Shown: piece by piece, positions 22,510-36,069 of the stretch | Layout: each line of letters opens with the position of its first letter | Position numbering within the stretch: position 1 is the first letter of the stretch | Assembly (NCBI GenBank): GCA_965235115.1 | Contig: OZ249436.1 | Location: 42,286,001 to 42,350,000, forward strand | Source of the DNA: Laetmonice hystrix | Taxonomy: Eukaryota | Reading direction: 5' to 3' | DNA length: 64,000 nucleotides | Made by a program: the position numbers and the translations under genes | Notes under the pieces: generated by a model | What the model saw: the letters and a program-made list of their open reading frames with translations, nothing else | What the model was told of the DNA's origin: nothing | Databases searched by the model: none

Positions 22510-25500
22510 CTTCTGAGGTATGAGATTAGACCGATGAATGATCATCATCTTGCTTAGAAAAAGAACTTATAGACTCTGAGAGAATTATGAGAGGAAACTA
22601 TAGCGTTAGTTGGAAACTATGGCGAGTCAAAATCCTGAATACTTTTCTACCGCCCTAATTAGGCCTATCTAATAGTTTATCAGAAACTATAAGATAGGTA
22701 GATCTAGGCCTATCTGAGTGGTGATGAGTCTTGTGAGGTAACGGTAGAGGCCCAAGCAGTAGTACAAAGTTCACCACCAGGGGGAGTGCAAATGACAGTA
22801 TCGCCCTCTGGTGTAGAAAACCTGCTTCAGCGACCTCAACAACAACAAAGAGGCCGACACTGTTAATAGGTCATGTGACCGGGAGTGATCCAGCTGAATG
22901 GGGCTGTTTGTATACAAGCTGTGCCACAAGCGATGCTGAAGTCGGGCACTGGGGCCTTTTCTTGCCGGCAAGCAACCACATCTAAACACAAGGTACGTGT
23001 TAGATTCCACAGAGCCAACATCGAGACTATCGATGGGTGGGGCTTGCGCCTGGGCAGGAAGGCCTACGCTGGACTGGTGATGCGCACCCATCTGCCGACC
23101 TGCCCGGGGGGCCTGGGGCTAGGGCCCGACCCAGGGGGGGTGTCCACGTTCGCAGCGCCCTCTATACGACCAAACATAATAGCGGTCGCAGAGACCGAGC
23201 GTGCCAGTACCACGCGGGACTCGAGGTGAACGTGAGCCGGCACTCCCGTGCGCCCTGCAGCCATGTTCACGCGTCGGACAGGATCTAGCCTTCACTCGTT
23301 TTTTAACAATTTTACCAGTCTGAGGTATTAAAAAACATGCTCCTATAGCTTTAGAACATATTTGAGCCTTTGTGGGTGGTAAGTTTGATAACGATTCCTG
23401 GCGCAGTGTATGAAAAATTACGAGTTGATTGTCGGCTGACACTGACAGCGACTCGAGCCCGGGTGCTTGCCGCGAATCGACGCGAGTACTAGCCGGACAT
23501 CCCTGGCCGTCTCTCCGATACCAGTGGCAAAGACAGACTACCAAAAAGTGCTCTAATGACACAGAAATCGTGGAGCGCTTGCGAGCGGGGTTGAAGAATT
23601 AGATACAAAAAATGATGAGCTTTCTAACCGTGGTAACTGATTTTTTAACGCTCGTCTAGTTAACGTATGGTCAGCGTCTAAAGTTAACCATTTTTTAGCA
23701 ATTTATCAGTCATGGCAGAATGGCGGACGACGTCCGATGAATTGGTTAAATATATATTTTTAGAGCACAAAAGCTCACAAATCTGATATAATTAGAAAGA
23801 AGATACTATTGTGTAAGCGACTCTAACTCGAATTTGGCAAATTGATTACATTTTAACGTATAGACAGCATTTTTGTCAAAGCACTCGATTTTACTTTGAG
23901 TCGTCTCGGCCGCATTGTTTTGGTTCTCTATTATCGCTCGACATAGATGGCGCTGCGAACGTGGATACCCCCCCCTGGGCCCGACCACTCAGCCTCAGCT
24001 GTTGGTATCAGGGCCGGCGGCGAGCTAGTGTACTGGCCATGCACTGTAGATCTAGATCTACGCGCACACGAGACTCAGTTGGAGAGATCAAGTATTACAT
24101 GCACACCCCAGTTTAGCTGGATCTCTAGATTATAAATATGGAAATAAACACCTCTCCCGTACCCCCGCGTTAGCACGGGACAGGCAGAGCAAGAGCTGAG
24201 GGTTAGCGGTTAGATGATATGGCCTGAGCTGTATTACGTATCATATTTCCTACACTCTCTGGTATCATGTATAGGCCCACAGCGGAACCCCAAATGAACT
24301 ACCGTTAGTCAGGTCTCATGGACAACGGAGCCGGAAGCAAATTATTAAGCATATGCATTTTATTTTCATTCGTGATTCAAGATCACAATTAATTATTGGG
24401 GGGGGGGGGGGGGGAGCTATGCTTTCGGTGCCTATATGCTCATACTGAGTCATAGGATCTGGAGTTCGAGGTAGGCTACCAGATATTGTTGAGGCCCATA
24501 GAATACTGTAGAGTAGGGAAGTTTTTGTTGAGGGTCTTTGGGGTCATGCAATAATATTATAATAAAAATTTTAATTTTTATAGTACACATGTATAGCCTA
24601 TAGGCCCTACCGTAGCAAGCAGTAAAATAACCTGTTTTGCATCGCAAATTGCTATGTATACAACTGATGCATTTTGCTAATCATTTTCCAAAATGTTCAG
24701 TATAATTAGTAATATCTGCTAATCAAAATTCAATTTTGCTAGACAAATTTTCTGGATTATTTTGCACCTTGCGTAGTCATAGTATGGAAGCCTTTTGAAG
24801 ATCATGTACTCATCTTTATTATTACATACTTTTATTCCTGCAGGGGTCGATCCAGCAAAATCCAGGAATAATCAATATACATGTTATATAGAGTCAGACC
24901 TCCAAGCAGTGAAATAAAACACCCTGCTGGCCATTTTTTTAACTGAATCACGTAAAATAGAGAGTGGTACATAAACTGGTTACCATGACGTGTGTTGGGA
25001 TACCAAGGTGCATGGATTAAATTAAGGGACTATGTATATACTTCAGTGGCAGATCCAGCGGGGGGGGGGGGGGGCTTGGGGGCCTAAAGCCCCCCCCCCC
25101 CCCCCCCCCCCAAGCTGACTCTAGCATCTTTGCTCTAGGGTTATCATTGTGTCTACAGTGCACCAAACAGTGGCGTACCCAGAAACTGAACCCAGGGGCG
25201 GTGCTGGAAATAATCAACGGCGTAGCCGTAGGCACTGCAAAATGGGAAGGGGCTGTGGGCAACGAGCAAAAAAATTGGGCAAATTGAGAATGGTGCTTGG
25301 GCACCCCAAGCACCCCCCTCCCCTCCTCCGGGTATGCCACTGTAAAATCCTGAATCCACCCAGACTTGCCCCACATCATGAACCACCTAGTGGATGCTTG
25401 GAGAACTATTATGAAACTGGTGTTGTCTGTTTCCAAGAGGCCGCAAGAAAAGTTTCACAACAGTTAAAGGGACAAACTACGTAACTTCGAAAATAAAACA

Positions 25501-26744
25501 CTTTCCTGTCACCCTTGGCAACCTATTGACATAATTATATGTGAAGACACACTGTTGCTGCAGTACTGCAGTATGATGATCTTTGTTAACTAGGATTCGG
25601 ACCGAAGCTATAGAAGTTTGAATTTGCCTCTGCTCTCCGAAAGGGGCGCTGAAATTGACGTCGAACAACATCCCATAATACTCCCAGGTCTTGGGGAACC
25701 CCATGCTAACTTCTGGTATCGCTCCACCATATTTGATCATCATCATACGCTTGCTTTGTAAATATGTCTCCGAGGAAACAGGCTTTTAAGTGACGGAAGT
25801 CGATGTTTGCAACAGAATCAGCTAAAAAGCTGAGAAAGAAGGAGCTGGACAGAAGATGTTACAGTGCTTGTGTGCCCTGAAATGGATTGGTGAATGGCCC
25901 TAAAAACCCACGCTCCGATCAGCCGAAACTCAGCATAGAGCTTGGGTGCTTGACAGGCATCAGGGAATACCCCTGTTGCCCGGTTTTCCAAAGTGGCCAA
26001 GCGGTTCAAAGATAGAGTGTTAGATTGCAACGGAGCCAGCTGAACTTTCTCACATTAGTATTACAATTGGTTGGTCTCACTTCAATATATTTGAGTTTTA
26101 CATGTGACACTAAGCTGATTTATATGGCAGAGGGTCGATATTACAGGTTTTAAAAACGTAGTAACTTTAATGGCTATTTCAACGCAACAATATGTGTATT
26201 CAACAACACACAGAAATCGATGTATCTTCGTTGTCACTAGAGGGAGCCACCTAGACTTTTGGGAAAAGTTTTGGTTGAAAACCTATACACTGCCTCTTTA
26301 AAAGGGCACAGATTAATGAGGTCTGACTGTATGTTTACAGCTGGCTGATTCAACCATGAGCTCCAATTTTTGAGATGGTCACTCACAATTCATTTCTAAA
26401 TTACACAAAGCATGAAAGTTTATCCGAACTGGGGATTCACGAGATTCAACATTATGTAGATACTCTTATTTTTTTTATATATATATAATTTGTGGAATTA
26501 TTTACTTGTGGAGTTTGTTATTTACTTTCCATCCTCACCACGCTGGTACCATAATGATATTTCCAGCCAGCATATTTGCCTTGCCTACACAGGATTCTAC
26601 TCTAAATATTTTTTATCATACTGGGGATGGTAGAACTTTCTTTTTGAATGTTATGGCATACTTTAACTTGACAAGGCTTGAGGTTCATTAGGGCATATCA
26701 TTCAAGAACATATCCTGAGTTTTTATATACCTTGCAATAACATA

Positions 26745-27904
26745 GGGGGAATGTGCCTTATATCGCGCACGTATGTTATATCGCGCACCATCCTCTGGCG
26801 GGAGTTTTTTACCGGTAGATGTCGTGACACCCAACAAAAAAGGCGGGAACAGTGAATCGTAATCGATGACGTTATTTTAGTGACGTAACACGCCGAAGAG
26901 GAGCCTGCACAAGTCCTATCGGCAAGCCTAAGTGTTTTAGCGTTTTCCTATCATCTGGGGCAGATTACTTATAAATCTAGGTTTTCAGTGTATGTTTAGT
27001 ATCTTGCAGATCACAAGGAATATATAGTAATAACTACCTTTACGTGAAAATAGAAGGGTTTTCTGATCTCTTTCGATCGCTAAAGCAAGTGTGACTACAT
27101 CTGGCAAAGCAGTAGGTCAAGGTCAGTTAATTGTTGCATTGTGCCTAATATCGCGCACTCATGTTGTTATATCGCGCAGTGACATGTTCTAATATCGCGC
27201 GCGCGGTACTACAACAAAGCTGCTACTGAAGATCCGACACTTGAATAACGAGGTTTGACTGTATGTCCACTAAAAAAGCCGGATTTTTACGTTATATAAT
27301 TTAAATGTCCTTAACGAGGAAAATTTTGTGTAGGCCTAAACAACACAACGATTTTTGGTCCAGAAGTAGAAACGATTTTTTTTGGTCCTACAAAAAAATA
27401 TAAAAATAGGTAAATAACAGATTTTTTGTGATAAAAAATATAAAACTTATGTAAAACTAACTTGTTTTCGATAGTATTTAGACTAGCAGTACATATATGC
27501 TCAAATTCCATATCTTCTACCAAGCTGTTATTTTGCGATGATATATTAAAGATGTTGCTTAGAGCATAGCCATTTTATAATAGCTTTCTATGATGCGCGA
27601 TATAAGGACATGCACGCGATATTAGGAACAATGGGTGTCTTAATATCGCGCAGTCACCTTTTAAATTAAAAAATAGGACTTAATTACATAGGTATATCAA
27701 ATGATCATAATAATTAAATATTAAATCAATTCACATAGGTGTTATACGTGAATCAGGGCGATGTCTTTTGATGCAAACCTGATATCCTCTCGTTGATTTT
27801 AAATATGCCAGCAATGGTCGAAATGACCATGTTTTAAGCACCTAGTATTTACAACCTTGTCCTTATATCGCGCACTAAGTGCGCGATATAAGGCACATTC
27901 CCCC
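26745..27904. mobile_element. Non-autonomous DNA transposon with TA TSD
   Basis: ta|GGGGGAATGTGCCTTATATCGCGCAC ... GTGCGCGATATAAGGCACATTCCCCC|ta; internal ATATCGCGCA repeats. Confidence 0.85.
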
Positions 27905-28967
27905 TACTCTTTACTACTAGCATGCTACGTTTAGCCCAGCTGGACTTGATACAATCTTCATAGCCTGTCACAGAATATCTTTAACAAAACTGAATATACA
28001 TACCGCCACGATCACGCTGTGACCACTGCCACTTGCTCTCCTGACTATTACAATCAAGAAGTAGCAGCGCTGGCCCACAGCCCGCCACGATGTGGGCAGA
28101 ACAGGACCAAATCGTCAGCATACGTCATTAAGAAGTTTACATACCGTATTTCCACCCAGAGTGAGACAACATTTCAACCATAGCTTAGACCAGTTCTCAT
28201 ATGTGACTGGGATCAACCTAGCACACTATCAGTGTTGAACTTTTAGGGGAGAAAGTGGCCAGGCTATATTTGAGCCTTCTTACAAAATAACATGGCAACC
28301 CTTGCTTGACTAGCCCAAAGCCCAATTCCTGCGGTCCTACTCTAACCGGATGACAACGACAATGGCTAATGCACAGAGCATTTTACAGAAGACTATTGGG
28401 TTTAACCAAGAGTTCCAGGCTCTTTGGTTTAACTTAAATAACAGGAAATATTTGACTGAAGTTTCCCCTGACCGGTAGTGATGTTGTCTGCAAAGTACAA
28501 CGATATACTTTTTGTACATGTAGTCGTAATTTATGATAAGATAGTCCCCTCATGTGGGCGTGGCAGAAAGTCCTGTGCAAATAAGCTCAGAGATGTCAGT
28601 ACAACCTTATCAGAAGAACCTCTCAGTTGAGTTTCATTGGACACTAATAAAAAAAACAACTGAGGGTACCCGCACCGGGAGTTAACTGTTAGCAAGCGTC
28701 TCCTATGTTTGGCGTCCTCCACTGGACTCAATGTTATATAAATCGGCCAGAGTAGCCTAAACGTCAAACTCGGGTGTGCATCGGAAGAGTACCAGTGCCC
28801 GACCAATGACACTATGCCTGAGAGAAGACTTATCATTATCAAGTTCTTCATGAAAAAAAGAACCAGGTAAAAGTGAGGTGCATGAATATTAGTTAATCAT
28901 TGAGGCCTTTGTGATATTGCTGCAATCCCATCACTATAAACCTTCTACTTTCAGGGAACATAAAAGG

Positions 28968-30689
28968 ATGGAAATGCTGAAATCGGACTGTCACAGCCAC
29001 CAACTCCTTCGAGGACTTCAGGGCCTGCAGCAGGATGACCTTCTCTGTGACTTGACCCTCGTGGCAGAAAACAAGAGGGTCAATGTCCACCGTGTTGTCA
29101 TGGCAGCCAGTAGTGACTACTTCCGCGCCCTCTTGACCTTGGACATGCGGGAGAGAGGCCAAGGGGAGATTGTGCTGAAGGGGGTGCCAGCACGTGGCCT
29201 ACATGCAGTAGTCAGGTTCGCCTACACCGGTGAGCTTAGCTGCAGCATCGATGACATTTCTGACCTGCTGGTGGCTGCCTCTCATCTTCAGCTGACGGAA
29301 GCTGTCCGGTTATGCTCCAACTTTCTGGTAAAGCTTACTAGCAGATTAAACTGTGTGGACATGTACAATCTTGCCGACCAGTTTAACCTGCCTGCACTTC
29401 AAGAAAAGGCGCTGTCCCTTGTCCTTTGCCACTTCGAGGACATCGCTCAATGTGATCAAGATTTCATGAAGCTCAACGAGGCTTTCCTGACCAAGGTTCT
29501 CAGTGACGATGGCCTACGTGTTACTTCAGAGCTTCGTGTTTTTGAACTTCTGCTGAAGTGGGTGGGTTTCAACCCCGACGAGCGTGTGCCAGGACTTAGC
29601 AGTTTGATGAGGCACGTAAGGCTTCCACTGATAAATGCTCAAGACCTTGTGGACGTCGTTATGAAGTCAGCAATGCTCAAGGCAGATCCTGCATGCGTCG
29701 ACCTTCTTCTAGAGGCCAGTACATATCACATGCTGCCCCAAAAGCAACCGCTGTTCCAAAATAAAAGGACCCAGGTGCGAGCTGAAGATCCCAGCATTGT
29801 TATGCTTGACAATGACGAGGAAGGTCCGAAAGTGTACGACATTGGAAACAACATGTGGGGCTCGCTGCGGTATTGCCAGTTGGAAACTTTCCATGCTCAG
29901 CTGTGTGTTCTCAACAACTACATGTACGTCTGTGATGGCGTGGAACTCTTCAACTCTGCCAATAATCCAGTAAGTGGGAAGAGCTTCCGATACGATCCTC
30001 GTTTCGACAGTTGGACAGAAATCGCTCCTATGAAGGATGCTCGATATCATTTCACCTTAGTTTCTGATGGTGTCTCCATTTTTGCCATCGGTGGATTTTG
30101 TAGCGGGTCATATAAAAATGTAACTGAACAGTACCTCGTGGCAGAAGACACGTGGGTCTATAAAGCGCCCATTGAAATGAAGGTTTCTGCTGCAGCTTCT
30201 GCTGCCTTGGCTGGGAAACTCTATGTTGCAGGGGGTCAGACAGAGCGGGGAGTTTCACGATGTGTGTGGTGCTATGACATAGTCTCAGACAAGTGGTACG
30301 CAAAAGCTTCAATGCTGCAACAGCGAATGGAACATGCCATGTGTAGTCACAAGGATAAATTGTTTGTAATAGGGGGTTACAGCAAGAACATCATTAAAGC
30401 TTACGATGTAGACACGGTCGACTGCTATGATGTTGATACAGATCAGTGGAGTTGTATACTAGATAATTCCATGAAGATCAGCAGCATCTACTCGTGTATG
30501 ATAGACCATAAGGTCTACATGGTAGGAGGCTTCAGTTATGATGACAATAAGAAACGTAACGAGGTTCTTTGCTATGATGTAGATCGTAATGAGTGGAATG
30601 TGATAGCAAAGCTGCACAACTCGGCAATGTGTGTTCCATGCTGCGTGCTCTATCTTCCTAGGAACACGCTTCGTAATATAACTGTGTAA
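28968..30689 (+). CDS. Kelch-like protein (BTB-BACK-Kelch, putative Cullin-3 substrate adaptor), single coding exon
   Basis: BTB (LCDLTLV..HRVVMAASSDYF), BACK (SELRVFELLLKWV, HVRLPLI) and Kelch repeats (GG..Y..W). A splice acceptor ctactttcag just before ATG 28968 implies an upstream exon. KLHL subfamily not assignable. Confidence 0.93.
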   Translation: MEMLKSDCHSHQLLRGLQGLQQDDLLCDLTLVAENKRVNVHRVVMAASSDYFRALLTLDMRERGQGEIVLKGVPARGLHAVVRFAYTGELSCSIDDISDLLVAASHLQLTEAVRLCSNFLVKLTSRLNCVDMYNLADQFNLPALQEKALSLVLCHFEDIAQCDQDFMKLNEAFLTKVLSDDGLRVTSELRVFELLLKWVGFNPDERVPGLSSLMRHVRLPLINAQDLVDVVMKSAMLKADPACVDLLLEASTYHMLPQKQPLFQNKRTQVRAEDPSIVMLDNDEEGPKVYDIGNNMWGSLRYCQLETFHAQLCVLNNYMYVCDGVELFNSANNPVSGKSFRYDPRFDSWTEIAPMKDARYHFTLVSDGVSIFAIGGFCSGSYKNVTEQYLVAEDTWVYKAPIEMKVSAAASAALAGKLYVAGGQTERGVSRCVWCYDIVSDKWYAKASMLQQRMEHAMCSHKDKLFVIGGYSKNIIKAYDVDTVDCYDVDTDQWSCILDNSMKISSIYSCMIDHKVYMVGGFSYDDNKKRNEVLCYDVDRNEWNVIAKLHNSAMCVPCCVLYLPRNTLRNITV

Positions 30690-33600
30690 AACAAGCTCAC
30701 CTAATTCTTCTGTCCCTTTAGATATTGTTATTATCATGCTATAGTAGACATACCCCACGTGTTCTTTGAATTGTTATATTTGTGTGTACTATAAATGTTA
30801 TCTTTAGCTTGCAGAGACTCAATATTCAAGTCTACTTTATAGAGTAGCCTACTAGGATCGTTGAGGTGGTAGCACATGAGTCACGTCTCACGCTCTTGGA
30901 TAACTAGGCTCATTTTTCATGTCTTTTGTGATCAATTGTCAAAGTGTTAGTTTACAAACATGCCAAGACGAAGAATTTGTTTAAAACTTTATCTCATTTG
31001 CATAAGATGTCTCTAAAAGTGGATTTAGCAATGGCTATTTTTAGAAAAATTTATATACGTTTGTTGTATTTGAATACATGTACATGTATTAAGCATTTAT
31101 GTTAGAAGAGTAGTTTCGGCTTATACATCTTTATGTTTACAAATAATGGTTATGATATTAAAAGGTTTCTAGTCATTCTGAGGTACGGAAATTATTACTC
31201 TTCGTGAGCATTAAAGTAGAAACCCACCGAATGCACATACATGTATTTGGTCTCGAGTCGCTTCGATATCCTTACCGGAGAATGAATCCATACGTAGGGC
31301 TTGGTCTGCGGAACATGTACAACCAGATACATGTGTATAGAATAATGGGATTTACTTTATTTTTAGGACTAATACTGCTGGGATCTGTTACCAGACCCTC
31401 AACTTACAGCCTGCTAATCAATATGTGATAGCAATATCCAATATATAACGTAGGCCGAAACTCAGACTGTGTAAAATAATGTTTTAGTATATTGTATAAT
31501 CATTTACAAGGATAAAAAGAGTAACACAAGATATGGTTAAGAAGAAGAAGAAAAAAAAGATGTGGTCACTAAGGTGAAGGACCCACCGATCCTACTCAGC
31601 CATTTGATTTCACATTAGTAGTGGTGGATCGACTTGATTGATATCTTAAGGCTACCATTGAGTGAGTGAGTCGGGAAGGGCCTGTGGGGGCTCTAGGTTT
31701 ACACCAAGTCCTGTATCGAGGGACTGTTTACATACAGTGCTTTTGTCTTGCGACTACCTCTTGCTGCAGGTAGTCAAGTTGTGCCAAACGGCCCGGGGCT
31801 GATTATGCTTCCAGACTTGAAGATTGGGTATGAGGGCGGCTAACTAGTCAATTTGAGGCATACGATAACTATTTCTCAAGTTTTTAACAGCTCCTTTACC
31901 GAGTATGAAGACATGTATCGGTTAATGCCTGCTTTGTTGTAATCAGATGTATTCATGTGTAAAAATAAAGGATCCAGTAGTTCCTTAATTCACTAAAGAT
32001 GGATTCGTTACTACTGTCACAATAATTACCCTAGACATCGTAGAACTTCTAACTTTTAACAAAATTACCGTACCTCTAACAACTACAATTGGGTGAGGTC
32101 AAGTCTCGGGTAAAACCTGATTGCGTCACAGCTGAGTTTACTCTGGGTTAATTTGACCACTTTTACCCCATGATGAAGTAAATTGACAGATAACCCCATG
32201 ATTACCCCCAAGTAACTCAGATTACTTGAGAATTACCCTAACACAACCCCAGGGTATAGCATTTCCGAGAAGTTGTTCTCAGTAAGCCTCAGGTGTCGAT
32301 AACAGGTTCCCCACTGAATGCTGACCTCTTTTCGAAGTTTTGTTGCTTTTCTTCAACTGCAGGGGCCGGTTTCACAGTCACAAGGCAGGCCACGGGCCTA
32401 TCTTTGGACCATGAAAGGAGTGTGCAGCGTACCTGCACAATATGGGTTTCTTAGTGCCACTTGTGCCGGGTCTTAGCTAGGTCACTGGCTCAAAAGACAG
32501 TCGGTGCCATCCCGGTTTCGGTGTGCGCAATCCGATCCTTACACAGGCCAATCCCCAAATATGGTCAGAAATATGACGTCACACGTAAACAAATACACGT
32601 TGAAGGGCCAGGCACACACGCCAAGCGAGGAGACAGTCACAATGGTGGAGCAGAAGGGGGAAGTCACCTATCCAACTGGACATCCAGTGATGGGATATCT
32701 GATGGGGCAGGCCCGTAATTTCCATCAAATTATTGAGGGAGCTAGATAATTTCCATTGAATTTTTGAGGGGGCTCGACGAACAGATCCAAGATTCTCCCT
32801 GGTAGGCCTAAAGTAGGATAATTATTAGGCCTACTGGCAACACTGAAAATATTGGGAGGGGGAGGGCGCTTGTGTCTCAATTAACTACAACGATAGCGGC
32901 ATTCATTATAGGCCTAACTATTGTCTGAAAATGATACAAGTTCCAGGATATACTTTCTGTCCTGAATCGGCACCTTGTCCGGATTGCTTCGGCAGAATAG
33001 GGTCTCCAGGGGGTTATGCATGGAGGGCAACCATTCGGCGTGGGGGTCCAACGGGTGCGCTGGCACCCCCCCCCCCCCCCCCCCCCCAATCCGAAATCCC
33101 CTGCGGTCCACGTCAGGGACAACATACTATAACCTAAACTCTAGAATATGCCTACTGATAGGCCTAAGCAGACCCCCTGCTTCCCTCGAGGATATAGCAT
33201 GACCCCCATTTCTAATCTGTGAACTTGGGACATGTCATTCACAACCCCCCCCCCCCCCCGCCCGCCCCAACCAATTTTATCATTTGCTGCCTATGTGTAA
33301 CGATTTACGTGCAGTGTTCCCAGATGCCAGGAACACGCGAATTTGGAACTTTAGTTTTCAATTTTTCTGGAGTAGGCCTCAGCGACCCCCCTCGAGGTTT
33401 CGCCCCTTCGACGCTATTATGATCCGCATTTCAATATCTTGGAACTTGTCATTCACAACCCCCCCCCCCCCCCACAACCAACCAATTTTATCTTCCGCTG
33501 CCTACGTGTAACGATTTACAGTGTATTTGGTTTTGTTTTTTTTTTGTTTAGAGGTGACAGGTCCCAAATCCCATAAAACGCCCCCCCCCCCCCCCGCCCC

Positions 33601-36069
33601 ATGAAAAATGCTGGCTACGCGCCTGAGCAGCTGTATAGCCTACGTTGTAGCCAATGGCAGCGATACTGCCGGTTCTCTGCCATTTTCGACACTGCCCACT
33701 AGGCCTACTACCGGGCTTAAGCCGCCTCTGTGGCAGTCTCAACTTTCCGGTCTTAATTGGGGTCTTAGGCCGCGGGATTGACCACAAAGAAACGCTTGTG
33801 CATGGACATGGATCAGTGCGTGGCTCGTACCGGGTCCTAACTGCGACTAAGAAACCGGCCCCTGTAGCGACCAAAATTGGCATAAACTTAGAACATAGCT
33901 GACTTACTTTGTTGACTAAAATCTTTTTTCCCAAGATTTGACCTCTTCCTTGATATACTTTCGAGGTTAAGATTACCCCAGTACATGTTGCATTGCATCG
34001 GAGAAAAAAAGATGCTTGGGTCGACTCAACCCTGGGGTTGACTCATACGCACCTTCTTTGTACATGTACCAAGATTGAAAGAAATCGAGATTGTTTTGTT
34101 TGAGTTATTACTTGAAATGCGTAACGACCACTTTGGACGATATCAAAAAGATGTGTCATGCCACGGGGGTACATGACCTCGGGTGAAAAGGATTGGACCA
34201 CGCGTTATACATGTATAAAGACATCGCTGTCCACGGATGGACGGACGTACCGAGGGTATTTGTGGGTTGAATACAAAGTTCTGCATTAAATTATGTGGCC
34301 GTTTTATTAAGGCAACACTCGTCTTTAAAACCTTATTAGTTTGGGAAGAAGCAACACAAGACCAATATTTTTGACTACAGCTGTATTTGTGTCGAACATT
34401 TTCTTTACAATTCAAATGGATGCCATGCATCAATGAGTTCAGTTGGCGAGTTCTAAATTGTCGGTTCATAGCTTGTTAATGTCGCCAGTGTGCCAAGCCC
34501 TGGTAGAGTGTGAAAACTCTCACGATAGTGAACAAATCCGAGTACAAAATATAAATGTGCATCAATCCATTAGGAATATGTACCGGGGCAGTACCAATTT
34601 TTATTGCACGACAATTTTCGTTTCCATCCGTCATTTCTCCACCCCACTTCACGACGTTCACACGATATGACATCTTGACATCAATATCTCGCGTAGCAGT
34701 TGTTAGAAAATTAAATCGTATAGTTTGGCCTACAATGTACAATAATAGTGTTTTGAAATATTCTTCCTTTTGTACTCCGCCATGGTTTGGCTCCGTAGGC
34801 TCAGTATGATCTACACTGACGCGATAAAATCTTTATGGCAGAAAAACTTTCTACCAGGACTTCTTGGAACACAAATCAAACAGGCAATTTTTGTGCAAAA
34901 CTTGCCTAAAATAAGATCCACCCTACCACACAGACATCTGCTTCTCAATAGCCTCATTACACATAAATCTGAAGAAAATGGGATCAAATCTTCTCGGGTT
35001 AACTTTCTGGGAATAATAAATGTTGTAATCCAGGAATGTGACAGACTTCCTTCTTTCAAAGAATCTTCAACGTCAACGAAGGTTTTACGGCTCCCAGAGT
35101 AATAAAATAAAACGTACTCTTTGTTACAATAAAACCCTACTGGAACTCCTGCTTAAAAATACAAATGACCATATTTTACTGTCCAAGTGTCCTTAATTTC
35201 TGCGACACAGTGGCATTGTAATTTTAACGACAAATATGTTCTTTTCCAATACGTACACTGCACTGTATCAGGGACTCTCAAACATTTCTTAATGTATCCT
35301 TTTTTTTTGCTCTTTAAGAAAAGCATGCTTCTGAAACTCCAGTTTTATTCCGCCAGTGGTATACTTTTAACTATTACACTTCAGCTTACAAACAAGGCAC
35401 ATTCATCTGTAACAACAATGGTACAAGCTATATTTCAAAACGTCTTTACAAGTACTGAAAAACCTTCTCTCGGCAGTCAGTTTGTGTTCAGTGCCAGCCG
35501 GTGTCTTAAAACTGACCACTACAACAGTTTCTAACTTAAGATGTTGCCGTTATATATTAATGAAACAAGAAACGTGCAGGCTGCCTAAAAAAAACCTTCA
35601 TGAGGTAGTACAAACATTGTATTTAAAGTTCAATAAAACTGCAATTGTCTTGTAACATATCTCAAATGTAAGACGTTTTCCATGTACCTTCCTATTGGGC
35701 CCTAGCACCTGAAATACCGGCACACATTTCCTATAGTCGTTCCGGTGTATGGGGACTATCTTCTTTGTGTCATCAATTTTAACTTAGTTATATGAAGCAT
35801 CCCCTCCATTACCTTCACAAAACAACGAGCCCTCCTTCTGATGGCTTTGTCCAAGATTCGTTGATAGTTACTAATTCATGAGAATTTCGAAGCACACTCA
35901 GAAAGAAAACCAAAATTGGCACTTTCAATTATTGTAGTAATAAGCTTCCGTTTATTTCCTGGAATTTACAAAAATTAACATGGTAGTCATGCAGTTTTTG
36001 ATGGGATGTAACTCAAGCAATTCCACTGCTATATGCGGAGACCTGCCGCCATCGGCCTATCAGTATTCT

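Noticed and set aside
22771..23562. Overlapping GC-rich ORFs of 100-147 aa
   Set aside because: No recognisable motifs; more likely promoter or 5' UTR sequence of the KLHL gene.
25463..26302. Possible TTAA-flanked Kolobok-like element
   Set aside because: Terminal inverted repeats are too weak to support boundaries.
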